A stretch of 64,000 nucleotides of DNA from Fibrobacteria bacterium. Lineage in GTDB: Bacteria; Fibrobacterota; Fibrobacteria; UBA11236. The stretch spans positions 38,056-102,055 of the forward strand of contig JBGTHM010000034.1 of NCBI GenBank assembly GCA_041746255.1, written 5' to 3'. This document shows positions 18,141-28,036 of this stretch, piece after piece. Position 1 is the stretch's first letter, and every line of letters starts with the position of its first letter. The notes under the pieces are model-generated. The model worked only from the letters and a program-made list of their open reading frames with translations, did not search any database and was not told the origin of the DNA. The translations under genes and the position numbers were made by a program.

Positions 18141-19520
18141 GTGAAAAGATCGGAACCCACCGCGAATCGGGAAGCCGGGACGCAGGAATACAATTTCGAT
18201 GGATTGATAGGTCCCACCCATAATTATGGTGGACTTTCCCCGGGCAACGTCGCCTCGGAAAAAAGCCGTCGCCGCCCCGCGAATCCCAGGCAGGCGGCGC
18301 TACAGGGGCTGGCCAAGATGCGCCTGGCCCATTCGCTCACCGGGAGGCAGGCGCTGTTGCCGCCACTGGAGCGGCCCGATCTCGCTTTTCTCCGGCGTAG
18401 CGGATTTACCGGAAACGATGCCCGCGTGCTGGAAAAATGCGCGCGCCAAGCTCCGGATTTATTGGCCATCGCCTATAGCGCCTCCAGCATGTGGACAGCC
18501 AACGCGGCCACCGTACGGCCATCCATCGACGGCGCCGATGGAAAACTGCATGTTACCTCTGCCAATCTCAGCGCGCAAACCCACCGCTCGTTGGAACCGG
18601 AAGCGACTTCGCCTCTGTTGGCGCGCCTCTTCTCCGGCATTCCCGGGGCGATACTCCATCCCAACCTCCCCCAGGGAAATCTCTTCGGCGACGAAGGCGC
18701 GGCCAACCATATGCGTCTGGCCCCGGAACATGGCGCGCCCGGCCTCCATGTCTTCGTATATGGCCGCTCCGTCGCGGGTGGGCTCGCGCTTCCCCACCGT
18801 CATCCCGCGCGCCAAACCCTGGAAGCCTCCCAAGCCGTGGCCCGCCTGCATGGATTGGACGGGGGGCGGGCTCTTTTCCTACAGCAAAACCCCAAGGCCA
18901 TCGATGCCGGAGCTTTTCATAACGATGTAATTGCCGTCAATCATTTGGGTTTTCTATTGGTGCATGAAAAAGCCTTCGCCGGAGGCAAGCGCGATATCGA
19001 AATTTTGCAAAAGGCTTATCGCCAGGCGACGGGAAAAACCTTGTCGGTATGCGAAGTTCCGGCCCGGAAAATTTCGCTGGCGACCGCGGTGGAAACTTAT
19101 CTCTTCAACAGCCAATTCCTGGATAGACAAGCGGGAGGCGTATGTTTGTTGGCCGCGCGAGAATGTCGCGCCAACGCAAAGGTGCGCGCCTTTCTGGAAA
19201 ACACCTTGCTACCCGGCGATAATCCGGTTTCGGAAGTGCGGTATGTGGATTTACGCCAAAGCATGCGTAACGGCGGCGGCCCGGCTTGTTTGCGGCTACG
19301 TGTCGCTTTGACCCCAAGCGAGGCAAAAGGAGTACATGCGGGAGTTCTCTTGCACGAAGAACGATTACAGAGGTTGGAAGTACTCGTCAGTCGCCATTAT
19401 CGCGATCGGCTCACTTTTTCCGATCTGGCGGATCCGCGTTTGTTGCTCGAATCCCGGGAATGTCTGGATGAATTAAGCGGCATTCTCGATTTGCCGCAAT
19501 TATATCGATTCCAAGCCTGA
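18141..19520 (+). CDS. astB: N-succinylarginine dihydrolase
   Basis: NFDGLIGPTHNYGGLSPGN, SASSMWTANAAT, GDEGAANH, FHNDVI, QSMRNGGGPACLRLRV. Confidence 0.97.
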   Translation: MKRSEPTANREAGTQEYNFDGLIGPTHNYGGLSPGNVASEKSRRRPANPRQAALQGLAKMRLAHSLTGRQALLPPLERPDLAFLRRSGFTGNDARVLEKCARQAPDLLAIAYSASSMWTANAATVRPSIDGADGKLHVTSANLSAQTHRSLEPEATSPLLARLFSGIPGAILHPNLPQGNLFGDEGAANHMRLAPEHGAPGLHVFVYGRSVAGGLALPHRHPARQTLEASQAVARLHGLDGGRALFLQQNPKAIDAGAFHNDVIAVNHLGFLLVHEKAFAGGKRDIEILQKAYRQATGKTLSVCEVPARKISLATAVETYLFNSQFLDRQAGGVCLLAARECRANAKVRAFLENTLLPGDNPVSEVRYVDLRQSMRNGGGPACLRLRVALTPSEAKGVHAGVLLHEERLQRLEVLVSRHYRDRLTFSDLADPRLLLESRECLDELSGILDLPQLYRFQA

Positions 19521-19522
19521 AG

Positions 19523-20344
19523 TCAGGCCGTATCGTCGTCCGCTTTTTCTCTTCTATCGGTACTCTCAAAAATTTTATCGGCCGATTCGACGATGAATCC
19601 CTGAAAGAGTTCACCCTCGGGAAGCGGATGACGTAAAGCGAATTCGTAATAGGCTCCCGGCACTTGCCGTTCGCCATCGGTGAAACGCACCCAGGCGGGG
19701 GCGGCCAAAGTCGAAGACTGCTCCAGGTAGACTTGCGGGTTTCCTTTGATTTCTCCACCCGCATCGTTGAGTTCAAAGCCTTGTTCCTTCAGGAAAGCAT
19801 TGAGTTCGACCAATGAGGGGAAAGTTTTTAAATGGTTCGCGCTGACGGTGAAATGGTTGGCGCGAAACCCGAATGCGGACAGCCAACCCCCGAATTCACT
19901 TTCTTCGCTAAGCTTCTCGTATTCGGAAAAATCCACTCTCCAGGGTCGGCCCAGGGCGGGGAAGTCCCATTTCTCCGGTAGCCCTTCGGGAATCTCCGCT
20001 ACCAGGCTATCGACTTTTTTCCGGAATTCGGCGGAAATTTCGTCGCTGCGTAATTCGCTGATGAAAATTTTCGGCTGAATTCCGTCCGGATGTTCGAAAT
20101 GGCAAGCCGTCAGCTTTTTATCCGGAAAATCGTACTCCCCTTTCTTTTCGTAGCCGAAAAATTCAAAGGGCCGGGAAAATACGGCCAAGTTCACTCGGGG
20201 GTGGTTAAAAGTACGGAAGGCGATATGATCGTTGACGATGGTTTCGCCGCGCTCTTTGAGCAAAGCGTGGATTTTTTCCGCCTGCGGGTTGATGTCGCAA
20301 TAGTCTTTCCAAAGTATTTCCAGTAATTGCTCGAGATTTCCCAT
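19523..20344 (-). CDS. DUF1338 family protein (2-oxoadipate dioxygenase/decarboxylase-like)
   Basis: NDHIAFRTF, PKIFISEL, ANHFTVS, LEQSSTLA, YYEFALR, ADKIFEST. Confidence 0.88.
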   Translation of the reverse strand: MGNLEQLLEILWKDYCDINPQAEKIHALLKERGETIVNDHIAFRTFNHPRVNLAVFSRPFEFFGYEKKGEYDFPDKKLTACHFEHPDGIQPKIFISELRSDEISAEFRKKVDSLVAEIPEGLPEKWDFPALGRPWRVDFSEYEKLSEESEFGGWLSAFGFRANHFTVSANHLKTFPSLVELNAFLKEQGFELNDAGGEIKGNPQVYLEQSSTLAAPAWVRFTDGERQVPGAYYEFALRHPLPEGELFQGFIVESADKIFESTDRREKADDDTA

Positions 20345-20410
20345 TCGGTAAAAATACTAAATCCACATTCGATATGAGTTTTCCCGACCGACGATTGAAG
20401 TTGCTATTTT

Positions 20411-21823
20411 GTGAGAGGCGGCGAAGAACCCCATTCCGGAATCCAACCCCAATTGACTCTGTGCATTCGACATTGGCTCCTTGGTTTAGCGCTAGCATTC
20501 GCGGCTTTAGCCCACAGCACTCCAGAATTGGGACCCCTGAAAAACTGGCGGCTGCGTCCCGCCGAACTTCGCGCGGGAGAAAACGCCCTCGTCCTCCAGC
20601 CGCTCCTTCAGGGAAAATCCGCCACCTGGACCACTCATCTCGAATCGGGAACCTGGTTTTCTCTACGTTTTTCGGAAGACAAACCGAAACCCGTCCTTTT
20701 GACCTACTCGACATCCCCAGCGGCCGACGCCGTGCTGGAGGTATCCCATAATTCTCCGGATGGCAAAACCGGCACATGGGTCGCTTTGGATACTACGCGT
20801 ACCGGAAAGTTTCTCAATAAAATTGATATTACGCCCCAATCCCGCGCATGGTATCGCGTGCGTTTCCTCAGGAGCAAACCCGGCGCGTTGAAAGTTTGGA
20901 ACCTGGGACTTTATGCTCCGGCCCCGGGAGGCCGTAACGATTATTGGCTTGCGGTGGGAGCCAGCATCCAGAATCAAAGCATGCGCCAAGCTCGCTTTCA
21001 GCCCCTGGTACGTAAAACCTTTCCGGATTACGATCCCATCCTTTTCAATTTGGCGGTGTCGGGATGGGGTACAACCGAGTTGCTTCGCAATTTACCCGCC
21101 ATTTTGGGCGCTCACCCCTATGCTACCTATGTGCTCATTCATATCGGCGGGAATAATATGACCTGGGCCCGGCCTTATGACGGCGGCGCGGCAACCTTGA
21201 GACGGGAGTTGCCGGAAATTCTCACCGAAGTGAAACGTGCCGGGAAAATTCCGATATTGGCTCGCCTTTCCTATCGCCAATACCGCGATCCCCTTCCGGT
21301 TCCTCCGGAAGAAAACGGATCCTGGCCCTATGTGCAGAATATTTACGATCCCTTGATTCGTGAATTTTGTCCCGCATTTTTCGACTGGGATAAGGGCCAG
21401 GGATTGGTGGATTTCTACACCTGGTTCAAGGAAAATCCCGAGGAACTTTCGAGCGACGGCATTCATTTGAACGCCAGGGGTGAGATGAGTTGGGGCCGCA
21501 TTTGGGTGGAAGAAGCCGGTGGGGTCGTTTACGGTAAGCAGCCGGTAGCGGGAATTCTGGGTCGGCGGGTATACAGCCGTATGGGAGACCGCAAGACGCA
21601 TTTGGTGATGAGCGGCATATCCGGCCCGGCCAGCATGCGAATTCTCGATACGCGCGGAAGGCTGGTCGCCCAGGTTATGGGCCGCGACACACCGAAAAGG
21701 GAAAAGGTGTTGGAATGGAATTTCCGCAATGACAAAGGGAGGAGAGCCGCGGTCGGAGTTTATGAATATGAGATCCGCGTAGACGGCAGATTACTCAAGG
21801 GCCGACTGGTGCTTACGCCTTAA
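20411..21823 (+). CDS. Secreted SGNH/GDSL hydrolase with FlgD-Ig/T9SS-type C-terminal domain
   Basis: VGASI (block I), NLAVSG, IGGNN, DGIHLN; C-terminal ILDTRGRLV...WNFRNDKGRRAAVGVYEY; start uncertain. Confidence 0.78.
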   Translation: MRGGEEPHSGIQPQLTLCIRHWLLGLALAFAALAHSTPELGPLKNWRLRPAELRAGENALVLQPLLQGKSATWTTHLESGTWFSLRFSEDKPKPVLLTYSTSPAADAVLEVSHNSPDGKTGTWVALDTTRTGKFLNKIDITPQSRAWYRVRFLRSKPGALKVWNLGLYAPAPGGRNDYWLAVGASIQNQSMRQARFQPLVRKTFPDYDPILFNLAVSGWGTTELLRNLPAILGAHPYATYVLIHIGGNNMTWARPYDGGAATLRRELPEILTEVKRAGKIPILARLSYRQYRDPLPVPPEENGSWPYVQNIYDPLIREFCPAFFDWDKGQGLVDFYTWFKENPEELSSDGIHLNARGEMSWGRIWVEEAGGVVYGKQPVAGILGRRVYSRMGDRKTHLVMSGISGPASMRILDTRGRLVAQVMGRDTPKREKVLEWNFRNDKGRRAAVGVYEYEIRVDGRLLKGRLVLTP

Positions 21824-21843
21824 ATGCCGATTGCCAGGAATGC

Positions 21844-22635
21844 CTAGTCGGCGAATTGCAGAGGATTGAGCCGGATCCGTTTGAAGCTCTGGCCGGGCTC
21901 CGGCCGGCTTGGCCTCAGCCTTTTCCATTCGGTAGCGCTTTCACCTCCGGCTTGTCGTCTCAAAGTGAAAAGCGTGTCTCCCGGTGCAAAGGGTTCGCCA
22001 TAGTTTTCACGCAGATAATTTTCCAGCACGATATGCAGGTTTTCGCCTTCTGGGACGATGGCCACCTGCATACGGTGAAAGGTCTCCAGTCCGTCCGCAT
22101 GGAAGCGGGCGCTCGCCAATGAATCCGTATCGAACAGGGTCAGGGTATACAGCGTTGTACTCCGGTTACCGGTTGAGCCGTATTGCGCCCAGTCTTCAAA
22201 CTCATAAACACCCGCCCAGGTCAAGTTATCGCCTAGGAGTTCGCTCTGTTTGGTGTTGGAATACAGGGCCATGCTGTCCAATTGCGGGGGGATGTCGGGA
22301 TAGGAAATTCCGGCTAAATCCGCAAGATTTCGCCAGTTTCGACCCGAAGGGATGTAGAGGTAGGCGACATCAACCGGTTTGTCGTTGAGTAAAATGCTCC
22401 ACTCATCCGAGGGTCCGTGCTTGGATGGGTCAACGCGTCGGATGCGTTCTTCCTGCCAAGCCGTATCGGCGCAGGGAGCGCAAAAATGCCGGACGGTTCG
22501 GACCTTCTGCAACAGGCTGACTGATTTTTTCATTTCGACGGCATTCAGGATAGAGGCATGCGCAGCCAGGGAAGGCTTTGCCTGAAGCAAAACGCAAAAG
22601 CCCAGGAATGCGACTATTCGAGAAGAGGTCGTCAT
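21844..22635 (-). CDS. Secreted hypothetical protein (N-terminal CxxC domain, DUF5991-like C-terminus)
   Basis: Signal peptide, HFCAPC, C-terminal WAGVYEF...YTLTL...GDTLFTL...TEWKRLRP. Confidence 0.55.
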   Translation of the reverse strand: MTTSSRIVAFLGFCVLLQAKPSLAAHASILNAVEMKKSVSLLQKVRTVRHFCAPCADTAWQEERIRRVDPSKHGPSDEWSILLNDKPVDVAYLYIPSGRNWRNLADLAGISYPDIPPQLDSMALYSNTKQSELLGDNLTWAGVYEFEDWAQYGSTGNRSTTLYTLTLFDTDSLASARFHADGLETFHRMQVAIVPEGENLHIVLENYLRENYGEPFAPGDTLFTLRRQAGGESATEWKRLRPSRPEPGQSFKRIRLNPLQFAD

Positions 22636-22730
22636 GTGTCAAAGTATAGCAACTTGAAGATCCGATTTCCCCCTGCTCATTGCTCCTGTCCCCATCCGGA
22701 TGCTATGCTAGGCCGTTGAGGAGATTCACC

Positions 22731-24164
22731 ATGGAAACGCAGCAATTCGATTTCGTCGTTATCGGGAGTGGACCCGCCGGACATTCCGCGGCTATTGAAG
22801 CCGCCAAGGCCGGCGCACGCACCTGCATCGTCGACAGGCGGGCGCGTCGCGGTGGAGTTTGCCTGCATGCAGGTACCATTCCCAGTAAAACCTTGCGTGA
22901 GGCGGTAATGCATTTGTGCGGGGCTCGGTTCAAGCATTTCCGGGAAAGTGAGGGAACAAGAGAACCCATTACACTTGAGGGATTGCACCGACGAATCAAT
23001 AAGGTGTTGGTGCAACAAATGGATGTTATGGACGATCAATTGCGCCGAAACCGGGTGGAAATTATTTCCGGCCAGGCGGAATTCGAAGACGCGCATCACA
23101 TGTTGATTTCCACGCTGGAAGAAGGTGTGGTAGGCCGGATTAGAGGTGAGAAAATACTTCTCGCGACCGGCACTGTGCCTCGGCGGCCTCCTGAAATCGA
23201 ATTCGACCAGGAGGTGATTTTCGATAGCAATTTCATCTTCTCAACTAAGAGTCGGGTGACCCAGCTTCCCAAATCCCCTATCGTGGCGGGAGCGGGTATT
23301 ATTGGAACCGAATATGCCTGCATGTTCGCGGCCATGGGGTGCCAAGTATGGTTGGTGGACCAGCGAAAGGAGCTGTTTCGCTTCGTGGACGAGGATATTT
23401 GCGAAGAACTCGCGGCCTCAATGAAACGCATGGGTGTGGAAATAATCCTGGGGTGTCAAATCCAAAAGGTTTATCGAAGCCCGGAGGGCAAAGCCGTGAT
23501 GGAATTGGATTCGGGTCGCTTGGAAGGGGGTGCTTTACTGCATGCGATGGGTCGTTCGCCTTGCGTGGGCCCTTTACACGTGGAAAATGCAGGCGTTAAA
23601 GTCAGGCCGGGCATGACCCTCGAGGTGGATGCCAACCTGCGTACGCATCAGGAGCATATTTATGCGGCGGGCGACGTAATCGGGTTTCCGTCGTTGGCTT
23701 CAACCAGCTATGCTCAGGGGCGGATGGCGGCTCGCCATGCGATGGGGCTTCCCGTAAGCGAAGTTCCCTCCCTGTTTCCTTTCGCCGTCTATTCCATTCC
23801 CGAAATCGCCATGGTAGGCAAAATGGAGAAGGAGCTGCGCGATGAAGGCATTCCCTATGCTCTAGGTATCGCGAATTACCGGGAGAATCCCAAAGCGGTG
23901 ATGTTCGGTTCGGACGATGGGATGTTGAAAATCCTCTTCTGTCCCACCACCCTGAAAATCCACGGTGTTCACATTATTGGTGATTTGGCCGCCGAAATCG
24001 TGCATATCGGTTTGATGGTTATTCGTCTGGAAGGCGATTTGCAGACATTGTTAGATACGGTTTTCAACTTTCCTACGCTGGCGGACCTCTATAAGGCCGC
24101 CGCGAGGAATGGGTTGAAGCAATTGAAGCAAGCTCGTGCGGAAAGCCTCAGTTCCAGCGGTTGA
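22731..24164 (+). CDS. sthA: Si-specific soluble NAD(P)+ transhydrogenase
   Basis: GSGPAG FAD motif, GGVCLHAGTIPSKTLRE (single Cys), GAGIIGTEYA, GDVIGFPSLAS, FNFPTLA. Confidence 0.92.
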   Translation: METQQFDFVVIGSGPAGHSAAIEAAKAGARTCIVDRRARRGGVCLHAGTIPSKTLREAVMHLCGARFKHFRESEGTREPITLEGLHRRINKVLVQQMDVMDDQLRRNRVEIISGQAEFEDAHHMLISTLEEGVVGRIRGEKILLATGTVPRRPPEIEFDQEVIFDSNFIFSTKSRVTQLPKSPIVAGAGIIGTEYACMFAAMGCQVWLVDQRKELFRFVDEDICEELAASMKRMGVEIILGCQIQKVYRSPEGKAVMELDSGRLEGGALLHAMGRSPCVGPLHVENAGVKVRPGMTLEVDANLRTHQEHIYAAGDVIGFPSLASTSYAQGRMAARHAMGLPVSEVPSLFPFAVYSIPEIAMVGKMEKELRDEGIPYALGIANYRENPKAVMFGSDDGMLKILFCPTTLKIHGVHIIGDLAAEIVHIGLMVIRLEGDLQTLLDTVFNFPTLADLYKAAARNGLKQLKQARAESLSSSG

Positions 24165-24792
24165 CTTGCTCCTTGATAGCGGCTACGGTCTTGACTTCGT
24201 CAAAATTGGAAAAACGCTTGTACTCGCCTTTCTCATTAGCCACGATAATGACCGGAACATAACCGGTTCCATATTTTTGGGCCACATGCCGTTCGGCATC
24301 CTGAAACATGGATACATGGCTTTTGCGCTCGGCCATGAATTTATGGATATCGTGGGGAGTGCTGTTGGACGTGGCAACGGCAATGGTGGTGAAACCCTGC
24401 TGAGTGAGTTCGTCCCCTAATTTCTGCACATGGGGGAATGATTCTTGGCAATGGGGGCAGGTTGCGGAAAAATAAAACAGAATGAGCTTCTTACCTTTGA
24501 ATTCCCCGAAATTCTTGTGTGAGCCTGCGAAGGGCTTTAGACTAACATTATAATCCAGGGTGCCACTTTGGGTTAATGCGAGCACCGAATCAATATTAAC
24601 GTCGGATTTCACCGGAGCAGGTTTTGTGGGATTAACGGTCTTGGCGGCTTTCGCGGGAATTTCGCTTTTACCCTTTTCAGGGGTAGCCTTGGCTTGGTCT
24701 TTGCAATAGGTGAAGGAACCACCTAAAAGGCCGATTAAGAGCGATAATGAGAGGGTCTTGGTGAGGGAAACAAAAAACATAGGCTTCTGCAT
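24148..24792 (-). CDS. Thioredoxin-fold redoxin (TlpA/AhpC-TSA-like)
   Basis: FSATCPHC motif, YVP cis-Pro, N-terminal signal/anchor. Confidence 0.85.
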   Translation of the reverse strand: MQKPMFFVSLTKTLSLSLLIGLLGGSFTYCKDQAKATPEKGKSEIPAKAAKTVNPTKPAPVKSDVNIDSVLALTQSGTLDYNVSLKPFAGSHKNFGEFKGKKLILFYFSATCPHCQESFPHVQKLGDELTQQGFTTIAVATSNSTPHDIHKFMAERKSHVSMFQDAERHVAQKYGTGYVPVIIVANEKGEYKRFSNFDEVKTVAAIKEQVNRWN

Positions 24793-24967
24793 AATTTCTC
24801 CAGGGTGGAAACGGCAGCCATAATATTAAAAGTTTTGCTCGCCACGGCAATGAGAGGGGATTCGCGATTTTTCTTGTGTCTTGGAGGTGCGGCATTTTGT
24901 ATGATTATTCGGGTTCAGTCAGGGCCCCTGAATACGGACCGGCCAATCACCGCAGGGAGGCTTGAGT

Positions 24968-25363
24968 ATGGAACTTCTGGATAGACTGAAACTCTCCGAA
25001 GAAATCAAAGGGCATATCGAACCCCTCATCAAATCTATACCGGAAAGTGATTTGGAGAAATACGCGAAAGCAGCCGACTCGTACTTTAATCGCATCACGA
25101 TACAGCATTCGCGCAACGCCTTCGTCGATTTGCCGCTTGCGCAGGATCTCCATCGGGTTGCCTTATTCCTGCTGAAAAAATATCCGGACCTGCCTCCCGA
25201 CGACCAGAAATTGGCGGCCGCGGGCATACGTTATTTCCTCATGAGTCATGGGGCGGAGCCCGATTTGGCCTCGGTGGACGGTTTTGAAGACGACGTGGAG
25301 GCCATGAACGCGGTTCTTGACACGCTCGGGCTTGCCGGAATGCGCATCGCCTCGCGGGTTTAG
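24968..25363 (+). CDS. YkvA/DUF1232-like protein
   Basis: AGIRYF...EPD...[22 protein letters not shown]. Confidence 0.65.
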   Translation: MELLDRLKLSEEIKGHIEPLIKSIPESDLEKYAKAADSYFNRITIQHSRNAFVDLPLAQDLHRVALFLLKKYPDLPPDDQKLAAAGIRYFLMSHGAEPDLASVDGFEDDVEAMNAVLDTLGLAGMRIASRV

Positions 25364-25770
25364 GCATCCCCGTTTTTCGAGTCGGGATCGAAGGCCAATG
25401 ATTCCGAATTAATGCAATAACGCTGGCCTGTCGGCGCGGGACCGTCTGGAAAGACATGGCCCAGATGGGCATCGCACCGCGCGCAAAGCACCTCCGTGCG
25501 TCGCATGAAAAGACTATTGTCCTCTTCCGATCGCACGTTCGCCTCTTGGGTGGGGGCCCAGAAGCTCGGCCATCCGGTACCCGATTCGAATTTGGTCTCG
25601 CTGGAAAACAAAGGATTTCCGCAGCATGTGCAGGTATAAGTGCCCTTTGCGTGGTGTTCGTAGTATTTCCCGGAAAAAGCCCTTTCCGTCCCCTTCTTTC
25701 GCGCTATGCGGTATTGTTCCGGCGTGAGCCGCTCTTTCCATTCCTGGTCGCTTTTTCGCACTTTTTCCAT
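25360..25770 (-). CDS. msrB: Peptide-methionine (R)-S-oxide reductase
   Basis: GTERAF, CTCC and CARC zinc ligands, [23 protein letters not shown]; start reassigned to ATG 25770. Confidence 0.97.
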   Translation of the reverse strand: MEKVRKSDQEWKERLTPEQYRIARKKGTERAFSGKYYEHHAKGTYTCTCCGNPLFSSETKFESGTGWPSFWAPTQEANVRSEEDNSLFMRRTEVLCARCDAHLGHVFPDGPAPTGQRYCINSESLAFDPDSKNGDA

Positions 25771-25924
25771 CCTTTTCTCCTTTTCGGTAGAGACCCCCAC
25801 CGGATTCCGGCGAAGCGGCACCTCCCATCTACTTAGCACTAAAATAGCTATCCTAAAATAAGAAGCCCGGGTGCTGGCTAGGTCCTTCCGTCGCACCGTA
25901 TCCATATGCTAAACTAGGACCACC

Positions 25925-26467
25925 ATGTCCTTCAAGCGGCGCAGCGAGTTATGGTCCTATCTCTTCCGGGAGAAATTCAACCCCGATAAGTCGTTGACCA
26001 CGACCCTGCGCAAAGTTCCGCTTTTTTCTGAAATCACATCCAGCGAGATGAAGCGGGTGAGGCGTCTTTTGCATCGACGCGTCTTTCAGCCCGGAGAGCT
26101 TATTTTCCGCGAAGGCGAGGCGGGTTGGGGTATGTATTTCATCGAATCCGGATTGGTGCGCATCACCGGGTTGGACCGTCGTCAGCAAGAGGTGGAGTAT
26201 GCCCTGTTGACCAAGAACGAGTTTTTCGGGGAGTTCGCCCTCGTGGGTTCCGAGCCCCGTTCCGCCACGGCCCTGGCGGTGATGCAAAGTGTTTTACACG
26301 GCTTTTTCAAATCGGATTTGGATGAATTGATAGACAAAGACCCCCGGCTGGGGTGTAAAATCCTGGCGCAGCTGTCGCAAGTGTTGAGCCAAAGGCTGGA
26401 AGCCATGAACGATAAGTTGAAGTTGTTTCAGGAAGGCATTCTTACGGCGAATCCCAAGGCCGTGTGA
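25925..26467 (+). CDS. Cyclic nucleotide-binding domain protein (no HTH)
   Basis: LRKVPLF, IFREGE, MYFIESG, FFGEFAL...PRSATA. Confidence 0.9.
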   Translation: MSFKRRSELWSYLFREKFNPDKSLTTTLRKVPLFSEITSSEMKRVRRLLHRRVFQPGELIFREGEAGWGMYFIESGLVRITGLDRRQQEVEYALLTKNEFFGEFALVGSEPRSATALAVMQSVLHGFFKSDLDELIDKDPRLGCKILAQLSQVLSQRLEAMNDKLKLFQEGILTANPKAV

Positions 26468-26474
26468 AACCGAC

Positions 26475-27533
26475 ATGTCTTCCCTTCTCGCCGGTCATCA
26501 TTACCTTATCCGCGCCCTTTATTACGGTCTCGTGGTTGCGGCCGTGGCGCTATTGCTTTACGGCGTCGCGGTGCTTTCGCTCATTCTCGCTACGGGTTTT
26601 CTGCTGGCATATTTTCTGGAGCCCGTGGTCAATACCTGTGAAAGCCGGGGAATCAACCGGGTCGCGAGCACCTTGGCCCTCTTGCTTATCCTATCGGGCG
26701 GGTTGGTGATTTTTTTCCGATGGCTGGGGCCGGTGGTAGCCTCCCAGGTCATGAATTTAAGCGCGGAACTGCCCGCCTATCGCGAGTTGGTTTTGGGATG
26801 GATTGTAGCTCTGAAATCCGGCCTCCTGTCACGGCTTCCCGAGGGGTTGGTACTCGAATACGATACTATGCTCATGGTGAAAATCGAAGAATCGATGCGG
26901 GGTGGAATACTGTCGCTTCCCAAGCTCGCGTCAGGTATTTTTTCCATATTGACGGTAATCATTTTCGCACCCGTGATCGCTTTCTTTTTTTTGGTGCAGG
27001 GCGACGAAATCAAGCGCCACCTGGTCAGTTTGATCCCCAACCGCTACTTCGAAATGACCTTGATGCTCATCCACCGCATCGACAGGCAGGTAGGCTCTTA
27101 TCTGCGGGGAACCTTTGTGGATTGCGCCGCGGTGGGGCTGCTCGCCATCGGAGCCTTGACCCTGTTGCAAGTGCCCAACGCCATGGCCATCGGCATATTC
27201 GCCGGCTTGGCCAACGCCATTCCCTATGTGGGGCCCATCGCGGGGGCGCTACCTGGAACCCTGGTGGTTCTCCTGGCTCCCGACTCCTTCGCCCCCTGGT
27301 GGGCCGTGCCATTGGCTTTCGGCATCATCAAACTTATCGAGGATCTTTTCATCTATCCGATGACTGTCGGGCGCAGCTTGCGGCTGCACCCGTTGGCGGT
27401 GATCCTGGGAATCTTGGCGGGAGAGCATATGGCCGGTTTCCTCGGCATGCTTCTGGCGGTGCCCTGCATGGCCATAGGACGCACGGTCATCGAGGTTTTA
27501 CGCAGCAGCCTCAAGTCTTATCGCGTTATTTAA
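26475..27533 (+). CDS. AI-2E family transporter
   Basis: AYFLEPVV, YLRG, IPYVGP, LHPLAVI, GMLLAVP; multi-TM. Confidence 0.92.
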   Translation: MSSLLAGHHYLIRALYYGLVVAAVALLLYGVAVLSLILATGFLLAYFLEPVVNTCESRGINRVASTLALLLILSGGLVIFFRWLGPVVASQVMNLSAELPAYRELVLGWIVALKSGLLSRLPEGLVLEYDTMLMVKIEESMRGGILSLPKLASGIFSILTVIIFAPVIAFFFLVQGDEIKRHLVSLIPNRYFEMTLMLIHRIDRQVGSYLRGTFVDCAAVGLLAIGALTLLQVPNAMAIGIFAGLANAIPYVGPIAGALPGTLVVLLAPDSFAPWWAVPLAFGIIKLIEDLFIYPMTVGRSLRLHPLAVILGILAGEHMAGFLGMLLAVPCMAIGRTVIEVLRSSLKSYRVI

Positions 27534-27537
27534 CTCC

Positions 27538-27963
27538 CTATGCAGCAGGTTCTCTTCCGGCCTTTTCCGCCCGGTCGGCTTCCAAATCGATGAGTTGGAG
27601 GTTGAGTGCGTGTACGGAAATAACGATTTCGCGCATGGATAGGACCAAGGAAGCCATCATCAAAACGAGGCTAATTCCGAATATGATTTTCCCTAAGAAG
27701 GCATATCCGGCGAAGAGTATGAACATGCATATCACGCATAAAAGTAGGCTTCCGATGCCAAAAGCCTGCATATTGCGGATGAGCAGCAGCCGAATCCGAA
27801 GATTCTGGATTTGGCGGTAGAGGATTTCCTCGCGGCTAACCTGATATTTTGAGTAGAGGTTTCGGACCAATGCGGCAATCCCGAGGAATCGGTTGGTATA
27901 GGCCAGCAGCAGGAGGGAGATGGCCGGAAAGAGCAAAGATGGAGTCGTGAGCGTGATTTCCAT
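27538..27963 (-). CDS. DUF2721 family membrane protein
   Basis: TPSLLFPAISLLLLAYTNRF...QIQNLRIRLLLIRNMQ. Confidence 0.85.
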   Translation of the reverse strand: MEITLTTPSLLFPAISLLLLAYTNRFLGIAALVRNLYSKYQVSREEILYRQIQNLRIRLLLIRNMQAFGIGSLLLCVICMFILFAGYAFLGKIIFGISLVLMMASLVLSMREIVISVHALNLQLIDLEADRAEKAGREPAA

Positions 27964-28036
27964 GGGTTAAAAAGTAGGTTTATATTCAAAGTGTGGGCGC
28001 GGATTGCGCACGGCCCGATAGGATTCAAGGACGGAT

